Shown: positions 27,420 through 40,441 of the stretch, one piece after another | Layout: each line of letters begins with the position of its first letter | Position numbering within the stretch: the first letter of the stretch is position 1 | NCBI RefSeq assembly: GCF_009914755.1 | Contig: NC_060939.1 | Source: the human T2T-CHM13v2.0 reference genome, Homo sapiens | DNA: 64,000 nt | Direction: 5' to 3' (one strand) | The notes under the pieces: model-generated | What the model was told of the DNA's origin: nothing | What the model saw: only the letters and a program-made list of their open reading frames with translations | Databases searched by the model: none | Program-made: the position numbers and the translations under genes

Positions 27420-27890
27420 GAGTGCAGTTGTTTTCTTGCTGCCCCACCAAATCCATTCTCCCATTCCTCCAGGGCAGTCAAGTTTTAGATGGACACATAG
27501 CCATCCAGTTAGAGGCTGTAATTCCCAGAGTCCCTTGCAGCTGGGTATGGCCAAAAGACTAGATTCTTACCAAGACATGTGACCAGGAGGGGTGTGTGTA
27601 ACTTCCATGTCACTTAAAAGGAAGCTGTTCACTCTGGATATCCTTTCTCTCTCTCTTCCCATGGACTGGAACTTGCATAAGGCCATGACCCAGCTCCAGC
27701 CATGTGGGCAAGGCCACCTTTGGAGACAGGAGAGAGCACCCAGACAGGACCTGTGAGCAGAGCTTCCTTGGCAGCCTCCACTGGCTTCAATACCACAGGA
27801 GAGAGAAGCCAGCTTCTACCTCATATAAGTCACTGTGTTCTTGAGTCTCTTTGCTACAATAGTTTTCAACCTTTACCCTAACAAAAACAC
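27420..27890 (+). mobile_element. Older MLT1 (H/I/J-like) LTR
   Basis: ttcccagagtcccttgcagctgggtatggcc... and an MLT1-type 3' end. Confidence 0.6.
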
Positions 27891-28184
27891 AGGGTTAGGA
27901 AATAACTAGTTTATAGATTAAAATCCCCAAATGTTAGATCTGGAATAGACTAAAGAAATTGTACCTTTCCCTGAAAAAGGACAGCAAACTGGGACTCAGA
28001 GGGATTAGGCAACTGTTTTCAAGTCAGCCAGCCAATTAGGAGCAGAGCAAAAAGTAGCACCCTACACAGGAGTGGCTCTGTGGGCTCTGAGGCCTGGACG
28101 CGTTGAAGTCTTCCTGTTACCATACAGGACACCTCAACTGGACCCAGGAACAATTTCACTAGCCTTACTTAGAAGCTCCATGTA

Positions 28185-28760
28185 AGCCAGAGTGACTTTT
28201 TGAACTATAAATCCGATCACATCAGTCCCCTGCTCAAACTCCTTCCACAGTTAAGAGGGTCCTACATGATCCGGCCTGCCTGGTTCTCCGACCTAGTGTC
28301 TCCCTCTCTCTCTGTCTCACCCATCTCATTCTTCCACACTAGCCATCTTAAATTTTCTCTAAAGCTCTAAGCTTGCTCCAGACTCACATCCTTTCTGTTT
28401 GTAGTTCCCTCTGCCTGTATCACTTTCCCTCCACTTCTCCGCAGGTCTCCTTCACATCCATTCAGATCTTTGCTCAGCTCTCATCTCCTGCTAGAATGCT
28501 TCCCAGCCGGCTTATCCACATTCGCTCTCCCTGCCCCCCTCTCCATTTTGCTTTACTTTGTATCTTCACAATAGTTCCCTCCTCCTGACATTCTATGATA
28601 CAGTTGTATGTCTTCCCAACAATTTCAATTCTTGAAGCAGGGACTTCCCATCCTTGGTATACCACTGTATTTGTGATGCCTAGAATGGTGCCTGGCATAT
28701 AGATACTCACAAAAAATTGTTAACTGAGGATCAGAAAAACTTGTTAAGTGAATGAAGTTG
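28185..28760 (+). mobile_element. L2 3' fragment
   Basis: gatcacatcagtcccctgctcaaactcc...gcctagaatggtgcctggcatatagatactc. Confidence 0.7.
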
Positions 28761-29819
28761 ACTCCCCAAAGCCACACATCTAGTTTACCAATAGTGACTC
28801 CAAAGCTCCTGGAAGTGTGTAGAGAAGACAAGAGGAGCATAGAGGGTGAGACAAGTGCTAACTGAGAAGGTCGGGGACATCTAAAGAGAGGTTTGCACAG
28901 CTGAAGAGAAACTGGAAGGCTACATACAAAGAGTGAGAGGGGAGAGAACACACGCTAACCCCAGGACCCAAAGCAAAGGTCAGGCAATCAATAGAAAAGT
29001 TAAAATGGCACTGTTAAACACTTGTGATAAAATTGATTTGGTCATTACCAGAGCTGAACACAGGGCATGCATGCCTCATCTGTTAGAAAGATCTTTATGA
29101 TCTTGTTAGCAGATCCCCAACCCAGAAGCTGTAAAGGTTATAACCCAACTTGTAAAACTAATCTCATATTGGCTCTGGGATAATAAAGAATCTGCAGAAA
29201 ACTTTTTAGTTAACCATATGCTACATACAGCAAGAAGCCAGGCTTGTGTGGCTGGCTTCTCCTACATGGCAATTCAGGATAACTCTCTCATTTCTGAGAT
29301 TGAGAAAACTATTTTGGAAACAGTGATTTCAATATGCATAGTTCTTAGACACAACAGCTTAGAGGTTAACTTGAGTTTAACAATTTCTCTCCTATTCAAA
29401 GTGATTTTATAATAAAAAGTCAGCATGCCATTCCCATTGAATTAAGCTGGGATCAGTTGGAATAGTAGTTTGGCAAAACTGTTTTTGCCAGATTTTTAAA
29501 AAAATACACTTTATTTTTAAAGATAGCTCTGTTTTATATTTGCATAATCCCAATTGTAAATATTTAGTTTATTATTATTATTACTTAATCTGTGAATTTT
29601 GGGTCATTCTTCCTAAATAAAACAATGCAGCATCATTTCTTGACTAATACTCTTTTGGACCACATGGCAGGTCTGTGGGGTAGTACAGAAAGGAAAAATG
29701 AGTTCACGCTACATAGCAGGTCCAGAAAACAGAACACAATAGCAATCACAAAACATTTCTAAGCAGCCTTGTAAAGGAAACAAGGGAGAATGTGAGAGCA
29801 CTGGGCATTTACTTTTGAG

Positions 29820-30025
29820 CAGGATGCATGCTAAAATATGTAAAGATGAAATGATATGATGTCTGGGATTTGCTTTAAAATGCTTTAGCAAAGGGAAACA
29901 GGGATAGATAAAGCAAGTGTGACAAAATGTTGGTAAGGCTGAATCTGGGTGTTGGGTATAGGGCAGTTCATTCCACTGTTGCCCCTCTTTGCATTCATGT
30001 TTGAAATTTTCATAATAAAAAATTC
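29820..30025 (+). mobile_element. Old L1M 3' end
   Basis: gatgaaatgatatgatgtctgggatttgctttaaaat...ttgaaattttcataataaaa. Confidence 0.6.
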
Positions 30026-30092
30026 AAGCCAGTAAGGGCTGGCTGGAAAACTTTAAAAAGAGGTTCAATCTCTCTAAAACTGTGTGACTGAT

Positions 30093-31353
30093 CCCAACCA
30101 AAAGAAAGCCCAGGACCAGATGGATTTACAGCTGAATTCTACCAGAGCTACAAAGAGGAGCTGGTACTATTTCTTCTGAAACTATTTCAAACAACTGAAA
30201 AAGAGGGACTCCTCCCTAACACATTCTATGAGGCCAGCATCATCCTGATACCGAAACCTGGCAAAAATACAACAAAAAAAGAAAACTTCAGGCCAATATC
30301 CCTGATGAACATTGATGCAAAAATCCTCAATAAAATACCAGCAAACTGAATCCAGCAGCACATCAAAAAACAAATCCACCATGATCAAATTGGCTTCATC
30401 CCCGGGATGCAAGGCTGGTTCAACATGTGCAAATCAATAAATGTAATTCATCACATAAACAGAACTAAAGACAAAACCACATGATTATCTCAGCAGATGC
30501 AGAAAAGGCCTTCAATAAAAGTCAACATCCCTTCAGGTTAAAAACTCTCAATTAACTAGGTGTTCATGGGACATACCTCAAAATAATAAGAGCCATTTAT
30601 GACAAACCCACAGACAATATCATGCTGAATGGGCAAAAGCTGGAAGCATTCCCCTTGAAAACTGGCACAAGACAAGGATGCCCTCTCTCACCACTCCTAT
30701 TCAACATAGTATTGGAAATTCTGGCCAAGGCAGTCAGGCAAGAGAAAGAAAGAAATATTCTTTCAAATAGGAAGAGAGGAAGTCAAACTGTTTGCAGATG
30801 ACATGATCCTATATCTAGAAAACCCCACTGTGTTAGCCCAAAAGCTTCTTAAGCTGATAAGCAACCTCAGCAGTCTCAGGATACAAAATCAATATGCAAA
30901 AATCACAAACATTCCTATTCACCAACAGTAGACAAGCAGAGAGCCAAATCATGAATGAACTCCCATGCAGAAGTGCTACAAAGAGAATAAAATACCTAGG
31001 AATACATCTAAGAAGGGGAGTGAAGGGCCTCTTCAAGGAGAACTACAAACCACTGCCCAAGGAAATAAGAGAGGACACAAACAAATGGAGAAACATTCCA
31101 TCCTCATGGATAGGAAGAATCAATATCATGAAAATGGCCATACTACCCAAAGTAATTTATAGATTGAATGCTATTCCCATTAAACTATCATTGATTTTTT
31201 TTTCACAGAATTAGAAAAAACTACTTTAAAATTCATATGGAACCTAATAGGAGCCCGTATAGCCAAGACCATCCTAAGCAAAAAAGAACAAAGCAGGAGG
31301 CATCACGCTGCTTGACTTCAAATTATACTACAAGGCTACAGTAACCAAAACAG
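30093..31353 (+). mobile_element. L1 (old L1PA/L1PB) ORF2 internal fragment, degenerate RT domain
   Basis: ccaggaccagatggatttacagctgaattctacc; LFADDMI motif (ctgtttgcagatgacatgatc, about 30788); ORF 30894-31214 reads ...KYLGIHL...[27 protein letters not shown]. Frameshifts and stops are present. Confidence 0.95.
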
Positions 31354-33996
31354 TTGGCAGCATGTTTTCAATCTACTTTCTGATTTCCTCATCTCCCTCT
31401 GTGAAGTAAGTAGTGAAGATACTGTTGGATCCATTTTGCAGTGAGGAAATTGAGTGTCAGAAAGGTGGAGGGGCATGTTTAAGGTCAAATGGTCCCTGTA
31501 AGGCAGAGCTGGGCCAGAGCTCAGTCAAAGGTTTTTGTTTCAGTGGCCATTAAACTTATTTCCTCCTCCTCCTGACACTGGCCCAGTGATTTAAATGCTC
31601 CTCCCATGCCCACATCAAAAGTCAAAGGTACCCGGCAAAAAGCACGGAAGATGAGCATCTGAATTCTGGCTCAAGAGCTCCCTGTGGTCTCCATGCCTTG
31701 CAGCGTTAACTCTTTCACCAATAGGCTCTCCTAGCTTTACATTCTGGTTGTCCCTTCTCATTTCGTACAGTTTGGATTTGACAAATGAGAGTTTCGATGG
31801 TGTATTGTTGTGCACATAACTGCCCCTCCGTTCTACCCACCTTGTATTTGTGAGCAAGAGATATAACCAGGACTGGAGGGGCCTCGCCCAAACCTCGAGG
31901 ACACTCCTCACTGCCAGGGTGACAGACTGGACCCTTATGTTATTGTATTATCCAAATGCATGTGGATCAATCCTGCCACACACAGCCAAGTGTTCCCTTG
32001 TCTTTGCTTTTCCCCACATAATGTAAAACCAGCACTCTCAAGGCCTTTACAAATTGGTAAATCAACCCATATGCAGCGAGGTCACTTTAGTTACCTCTAA
32101 TTTCAGAGCTGTCACTAATTGGTCCCAGAATCTCTTTAAATTCAGGTCTACAGGGCCAGAAAGAAGCTTGAAATTATTTGAATACCTCATTAATGGACAA
32201 CGTATGAACAATTTGATCTTTCAGCGCAAAGTGGGATTTATTTGTCTATGAAATCTCAGGCTTGCCATCTACCCCCGGTTGACTGCATAATTGTTCTTGC
32301 TCTGCCCCATGTTAGTCAGGCACTATGTTAGGTGACAGGGAAACAACGGCAGACAAGATAGTAATGATCCCTGTGCTCATGGTGCTTAGGAGGAAAGGCC
32401 TATGTATGTATTCTAGTACCAGCCAAAGCCTCTGCTAGTGACCCAAATTCCACTCTGCCCATACATGTTGCATCAGCCCCACCCACGTTCCTAGAAGCCA
32501 TCTCTTCTCCCAACACTGCTCTTCATATCCACAACTTTAAGGAGCAAAAAGTATTTTAGGGACACTGAAAAAATTCAGGCTACTCTAACTTAGCCCAACC
32601 CTTAGCATGTTCTCTTTTCGTCTTTGTCACTTGAGACCCTGTTGACTTTTTTTTGAGGGTGCCAATATCCATCCGAGTATGTACATGCCAGGGACCTCTT
32701 CTTGGCTTATACATTTCCTTCTACAAACATCTTGATTTTTTTTTTTCACTTGCATTTCACCAGATCCTGTTACAGGATCTAAATATTCCAAATAATTCTT
32801 ACAATTGCTATATGATGAAGAGAACGGATCCTGTTACTCTTTATTTACGTACATAAAACCCGTGCCTCAGTTTCCAAGGTAACAGAACAAAGAAAACAAG
32901 TCATCACCCTGATGCCAATACGGACGAAGGTCAGACAGCTTTGATCTCAGACACCAGGCACTTTTCAGCCAGCGCAACATTCTCATTTTTCATGATTCCT
33001 GCCTCGCGCCCCCACGTCCCCACAGCTATGCTTCCCGTGGCTTACTGAAGGGTGCTTTAAATATGGCTCGAGAAAGTACACGGAGGAAGCAAGTAAACTT
33101 TCAGGATTTTAGTTCCAGCAAATGAAGGCAAAAGTGACTAATCAGAGTGAAGAGGACTCAGTCAGGAGCATCAGTCGCAGAATGAATCAGCCTCAGCCAG
33201 CAAGTAATGGCACAAAGCACTGTTCCCGCGACCACCAAGCCACAGATAAACCACCGGCGCTGCAAAGAACTCCTACATCACTTATAAGCTGACAGAAGTC
33301 TTATTATTATTATATATTATGCTGAAACTCTGAGCCTTACTGTAAGTCATCATTTTATATAGTTTTCACAATGACAGTAAAATCCTGCCACAAGTGGCAC
33401 TGTCAACTTTTCTATGAGCACTTTCTTTTCCTCACGGTGACATTCAAAGTTCAGAGTCTCCTTCATCTAAAGGAGCTGTCCTATCAGCTCGCTAATGGGA
33501 ACAATTCATTTAACCTGCACTCCAAGTACAGCCACGGAGCCGAGTAAAATATGTATAGGATCCAGGGGGAATCGGTCCTCCCAGCTGGCCCCTCCTGCCA
33601 TTTGATTCATTGACGAGAGTCCCACTTTCTTTCCACTTAGGCTGATTTACAGAAAAAAAAAAGACATTCCAGAAAAATTAAGTTAACTATTAGCCAAATC
33701 CCCTCTAGCTGCTGGCTTGGATTATATAACAACTCCCTAATTCCAGAAGCTAAGGAACAGAAGGCCAGCATTTTCTCTGATTTCCTATAGTTTTAAAGCC
33801 TTTCCACTCTACCCTCCTTTTCTCCCAGCCCACCGCACCACCACATCACCACATACGCCTTTGACAGTCTACATGGCTCATATTCCTCATTTACTTTAAT
33901 TATATTGGGTGCTTCTGCTTACACACTGCAATGTATCCTGGCTTCATAAAATACTCACTTTATATGACCCTTGCTTGCTGCCTTTGACCCACTCAC

Positions 33997-34092
33997 CGTG
34001 AAACACTTGCGGAGCCAAAATTCTAGGAAAAGCACCTGCAGTTATTAATGCATTAAACCAGTGTTCTGACATGACTAAATGCATTATTTCTG
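33997..34092 (-). other. Candidate 96-nt in-frame cassette exon or pseudoexon
   Basis: gttttcttctacag|CAGAAA...TTTCACG|gtgagt; open in phase 1; length divisible by 3. Confidence 0.25.
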
Positions 34093-35879
34093 CTGTAGAA
34101 GAAAACGCTGAGGTGAGGCCAGAGCAAAGGTAAAAGACCTGGTTTTCCTAAAATGGATATAGCCTTAGAGGCATTTATATTCTCGGAGGACACAGTCCTG
34201 ATTCTTCTGATCATTTTTCAAATCGACTTAATGAGTGTGAGATGGCCTGCTCATTAAACTGATATAATAGGTAAATATCACCTGCATTTAGGGTGGGCAA
34301 CAGAAAGAGGGCAACTGTTTTCTGGGATTGTAAAGGATTTGCAAATGGAGCAAAAATGCGGGCCTGGTTTCTGAACGAGGTTTATGTTCTGCTCTCACTT
34401 TTGACTGGCTGCCACAATACACAGGGCGAGAGATTTTTAAGCTTTCATGAACTAAAAGCAACGCCAATTGCTATGGATTGCTTTTTATAGAATTTCAAGT
34501 AATTTCACATTACAAATGTTACCTCTGCTTATGACTTCCTTAAAAGATAACCAAATGCCAAGCCCATTGGAATAAACATCTAGAGCAAAGAGCTACATGT
34601 ACCCCAACAAACTGTTTTTTCAAAAGCCACAAGCCTAGGTTAGATGCTTTGTCTACCACACTGCCGCTCAAGTGAAGCCTCCCTTCTTCCATCTTCCAAG
34701 TACAGCCAAAACCCTAAACACAACCTTTTTAAGGATCCTTTACAAAGTGGATGTTAAAAGTGAACAAAACCTCATTGAACCATCTATTCTTCTTGCTTTA
34801 ACCTGCAGAGTCATCTACATTTGCTATTTCCTTCAAGTCTACTTTTTTTTTTTTTTCCAAACACTGGAAACTTCAGAGCCACTCACACATTGCAGTAATT
34901 CTGCCTGCTTGCTCTACATAAAATAAGGCCTGCTCTTGGGTTCACACAATCAGGCCGGTTACTCAGTAGAATCCGTGGTCTAGGGTAACTCTGAAGAGAC
35001 GTAAATTTCTAATTTTTATACTTTCCTCAAATTTCATATGTTATTTTTGTTATTTCAAAATCCAGTGCTTTATAATAAATTTATAGGGTGCCTAAGGGGG
35101 TCTCCATTCATATTACATGGTATCTCATTCACGGCTCCTCTGGGAGAGAAACACAGAGTTATACCTCTCAGTCAGCCAACAACACTTCCGCTTGTGAAGT
35201 TCCTATGTAATAATGAGAAACGAGGCTCCTGTGGGTATCCCACACATGTGTGTAAAATAAACGCCTACAAAGTGAAAATGATGCCATGCTACACTTAAAG
35301 CAGGATCATGTGGGTAAGCTGGAAAAAACACTTCCGTGTCTGTAGTCGTGAAGTGATTCTGTATTTTATTGTAGACATTGTATCAAGTCTCAGTTTCAAG
35401 TGATTTTTATATATACTCCATGCTTCAGCTGAGATGTCTTCTGTTCCTCCTTCTTTCCAGGAGCGTCAGTAGCTATAGTCAAGTTTCAAGAATGGGGAAT
35501 GCTGTGGGAGTGTGCAGGCAATGGCCTAAAAACAATAAAAAAGCCCCACTAAAAGCTGGCTTGCTTTTGATTATTACTCTGTCCTGACAATTCTTAGTAA
35601 TGTCAGTGATAAAATAAATTACTGGGCCGACCACTCCCTAGCCTGCCCCTCGTTGACATGGCACTGTGAAAGCACTCCAATATCTTTCTTAAGAAGGATA
35701 CATTATGATTTAAATACTGAAAATACTATATATTCACTGTAGGACATGTAGAAAAAAATTTTAAATGTTTTAATGGAGAATTAAAATTTACATTAACTCT
35801 ACCACTTATTGATAATCATAGCCCTTTATGTCATAATTACTTTTTTGGTTATTAAAAGTAATTCTACTATAAATATCCT

Positions 35880-36590
35880 TGTTACATAGATTTCTTTTGG
35901 CATTTGTGTTTTTTTTTTTTTTTTGGAAGTACATTCTTGAAAGTTTAACTTTTAAAAAGCGTTGAATAGATATCATCGTGTCCTGTAAAAAGTGTTTACC
36001 AATTTATAATTCCTAGATTAGTGTACACCTGTCCCAATGCAGAACTTTATCATGAAAAATAAATCCTGATAATTTAACTGGCTAAAAAGGTGTCCCTTTA
36101 AAATTGACATTTCTTTGTTTATTTATGATGTTGTTTTGTCTGCATTTTTAAAAAATTTTGTTTTTGTTGTCTAAGTTTCTTGACTTTTGTATTTCCTCTT
36201 TTGTTAATCGCCTGTTCATAATCTTTGCTCACTTTTGTATTGTGGTATTAGTCCTTTACTACTTACTAATTTATAAGACTTCTGTATAGTTAATCATATG
36301 TTGCTTGTCTCCCCAGTTTTTCTTTTAAATTTTGTTTAGTTTGTTTCTTGTATATGTAAACTAGCTCTACCACTTATTGATAATCATAGCCCTTTATGTA
36401 ATTTCTACCTTTTTGGTTATTAAAAATAATTCTACTATAAATATCCTCTTTAAAATATCCAATCTAGTAATCTTTTATTTATGGTTTCTGCCTTTCCTTG
36501 CATGCCTATAAGGACTTTATTTATTGCAAAAATATATTCACCTATACTTAAAATATTTTTATGATTTTACTTTTTATGTTTAATTTAAAA
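35880..36590 (-). mobile_element. Old L1M fragment
   Basis: T-rich antisense L1-like text (ttcctcttttgttaatcgcctgttcataatctttgctcacttt; tttatggtttctgcctt). Confidence 0.6.
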
Positions 36591-39484
36591 ATTCAAATAA
36601 AATTATCTAAATATACTTTTTTCTTGCTCTAGTTTAGCTTGCACAGAAATTGTTTCACTCCACTTCTCAAGATTTGAATCTAAACAACACACCAACTATC
36701 TTATGTCTTTCTTTGTTCTCCCGAGAGGTATGTCACTGTGTCTGTTGTGTCAGAAAAAAAATCAGGATATCAAAAAGGCTTAGAGCCAAATTCTAGCCCA
36801 AAACATTTACATGTAGAATCTGAGTTAGCTCACCTCTTCTTTAGAAAATAAGGCCAACCATTGAGATTTGGGGCATCTACTTCTTAAATTTGTTTTTACT
36901 GAGTAAACCTGGGCAAGTTTCCTGACTTCTTTGTAAAATGGGGATTCTAATAAGAGAAGCACAGTACTGTAGCATCTATATTTAACACTTTCTGTAACAG
37001 ATTACTGGTATAACAGGAAGTTTCACTTTTATCTTTATTGTATTTAGTTTTTGCCTGCCACAATAACTACTTATGATATTTTAATATTTACCAAGAGTTT
37101 TCCAAATAGGGCTGATTCTATTAAAAAAAAAAAGACCCCTTGTGCTATTTATACAAGCTTGTTTAGATTAGGATTATATTCCTGAAGCTAAGAGGGCTTC
37201 ATTTGCTGATTTCAGACAAAGTACGCATAAAGAACATGAAATGACACTGCTGAGACTGTTCCACTAGTTTTCTGTTTTTTGTCCGGAAGGAAAGCCAGGG
37301 AGGTCAGAGAGACAGAAATTTCTTTGCAGAGAGGTCCACCCTGCCCAGATATGGGAATTGTGCTCATTAGGAGAAGTAGTGGGGGAGAGGACGCACATAT
37401 TTTCTGAAAAAACTGGAGCATGGGAAGAATAATGTGCACACTGGCCATCAAATGAGATTTGAATAACAATTTACCACTCTATTCAAAAGTGTCTAAAATA
37501 TAACAACCCCTCTTTATTACTCCCTTTTGCCAGGACATTTGCCATCCCAGAGGTACTAAGGGACAAAATTTTCAGCAGCAATGCATTCCTTAAAGAGAAG
37601 GACAGCAGGGTAGTTGACCTTCGATCCTGTCTGACCATACCCCAAATCCTTGACATCCTTAGCTTTGCAGAAACTGGAGGAAGCAGAGCCAATGTGATGA
37701 TGCTTAAGGGAAATCTTTCATGCCACTGATAGGAAACAGGAATCCAAAGGACATTTTTAACTCATTCCTCAAAGATATGGGGATGAGTATAATTTACATT
37801 CATCCTCTACTTCATGACGGGGAAAGAACAGCCCAGTAGTCAAAGCAAGAAAGAAGTCAGGAATCTTTTCACTGGTGTATTTCATCAGCAATAAACGTTT
37901 CCCCAACAAAATGCTGTATTCAAGGCATCAAGGAAGTTACTTAATGAAGAAAGGCACCTGGCTTCTCAGCCTTTATAGCTCTCCAAATGTTCCATGTTTT
38001 TAAAGACCTCCAAGCTTTTTTCTGTTCCTTCTTCTAGGGATGCTCTTTCCTTTTTCTTGACTGAGCTAATTCCCATTTATCCTTCAAGATCCAAAGCAGG
38101 GCTTCACTTTGCCATCACACCCAGAGTATATTGGTTGTCTCTCCCTAGCACATCCTTAATCCAGCCTGCTGTGGTCTGTTGTGCAGGTTGGTCACAGTCC
38201 AAGGTCATGGGTGAAGGGATGGGTGGGGACATGTTTCATTCGCCGACTGCCAAGCCATGTGCCCTGGTTTGGGTTTGCCTCCACCCCGAGGAAGGAGGCA
38301 CCTTTTAAAAATCACCCAAAGGCGGCCTACTCTTCTCTGCACTTACCATTCTCTTGTTTACTTGTCTGTCTGTTCACTACTCCCACCACGTACATTCATC
38401 CCTCACTATCTTCCCTCTCAAAGAATATAGAACATCACTCCTTCCAATTAAGTACACGGACAATATCTTTTATCTCTTGATCCTAAGCCCCTGCCATTGT
38501 GTCTGGCACATAATAGCTTCTTGGAAAATATCTCTTGAATATTTGCTGAATGAATCAAATGTGCCTTCAGGAAAGGTACAGCTTTATGCAAACACCTTAG
38601 CTTCCTAGAAGTAGTGTAAAAAAAGCTTCACATGGGCAAGAACCACCATGGATCAAAGGGGACTGAAGAAGTTAGGAGAAGTTTATGGAGGAAGTGAGTC
38701 AGTATCTCACAGGATCTCACAGAGAAACTTCTAACTGGGGATTCAGTTTCTCTCAATTTAGTGTCCGGTGAACAAAGGATTTGGAACTCACCGACGTACT
38801 GCCTCTGCTCTCCCCTGTAACTGTGAGAATGCATTCACTAGCTCAATCACTCACCGCAATATTTATCCATCACCTACCACATGCAGAACTCTGACAATGC
38901 CCAGGCCCTCCACCCGCAGCACAGGCTCCGGGGAGTGCCCTGTCCCCGACTCGGTCTGCTGTGATTTTTCCTGCTCTTGTCCTTGCGGGCCCATGCTGTT
39001 TCTATAGGAGAGAGAGGAACGGTGCTCCTCTCCTTCCGTATTGCAAACATGCTCACCAGTGACCTCAGAGGTCTGGAGGGAAGAGTGATGAGGCAGTGTT
39101 TTAAAAGGGCTGTGAGGTTATCAGAGCCTGTTACATCAGTCTTTGACTCTTCAAAGGCCTGGAATACTGTAAGACAACAGCAACTTCTCATAAAGGTCAC
39201 ATTTCTGTAATTCCCTCTTAGACCCTCCCGAGGAACGCTTAATTGATCAACTAACATGCAGGAAATGCTCTAAAAGGCAGTTTTCACAAACTGGTGGAGG
39301 ATAAAGACAAGATCTTTCTGAGAGAGGTAGTTTAGGATTATAGCTGAGAGCACAGGCAGATGATGGAGTTTGAGGCTGGGATCAGTGCTTACCAGCGGTG
39401 GAACATTGGGCAAGTCACTTACCCTCTCAAAGCCTCGGCTTTCTCTTCTGTGAAACTGAAATAATGATGGTACTCTTCTCATAG

Positions 39485-39808
<324 letters not shown>

Positions 39809-40401
39809 AGTTTCAAGGATCTTATGTCTGCAAACCATCAAGCAATGACCAGTGTGGAATGAACTCCTTCAAGGGTATGTGAATAACCTTAGGAAGTCAC
39901 ATCACTTATAAGCCAGTATTAATATTAATGTTACCTAGCTTGGAAAATTTTACAAGGATTAACTGAAACAATGCATGTGCAAGTGGTTGTCACATGGTAG
40001 GTCCTAAAAACGGTAGTTCCTTAAGATTACTGGCATGAGATTTTTCTATGATGCTATGTTTAAAACTTCATTCTTGAAGGCTGACTTTAACTCGGTTTGT
40101 TTGGGAGGAAGCCCTCTCCTTCCATGGTCACCTTGTGTGGAATGGGCCTTTTCCCTCTTGCCATTTTCATTCAAAATATCTGTGGCAGTGCTGCGGAATA
40201 TTCCAATACGTCCCCTTGACCTCTATCCATAAACAGCCTTTCTCACAATGAGATGTTCCGAGTTTAGGAGCCTTGCTATTTTCAACAAAGAATTAATTGC
40301 AAAGTAATTAAGTTTAGAGCAAGGGAATAGATGAACCCTGTCTATCATAAAGGAACAGTGTGGATGGTGACATAATGGAGCAAGGAGACGATGCTTCAGA
40401 T

Positions 40402-40403
<2 letters not shown>

Positions 40404-40438
<35 letters not shown>
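40404..40438. repeat. (CA)n microsatellite
   Basis: Seen directly. Confidence 0.95.

Positions 40439-40441
<3 letters not shown>

Noticed and set aside
26097-36447. Spaced direct repeats as a CRISPR-like array
   Set aside because: Only two copies of each repeat, separated by hundreds of bp, in primate intronic DNA with no cas genes.
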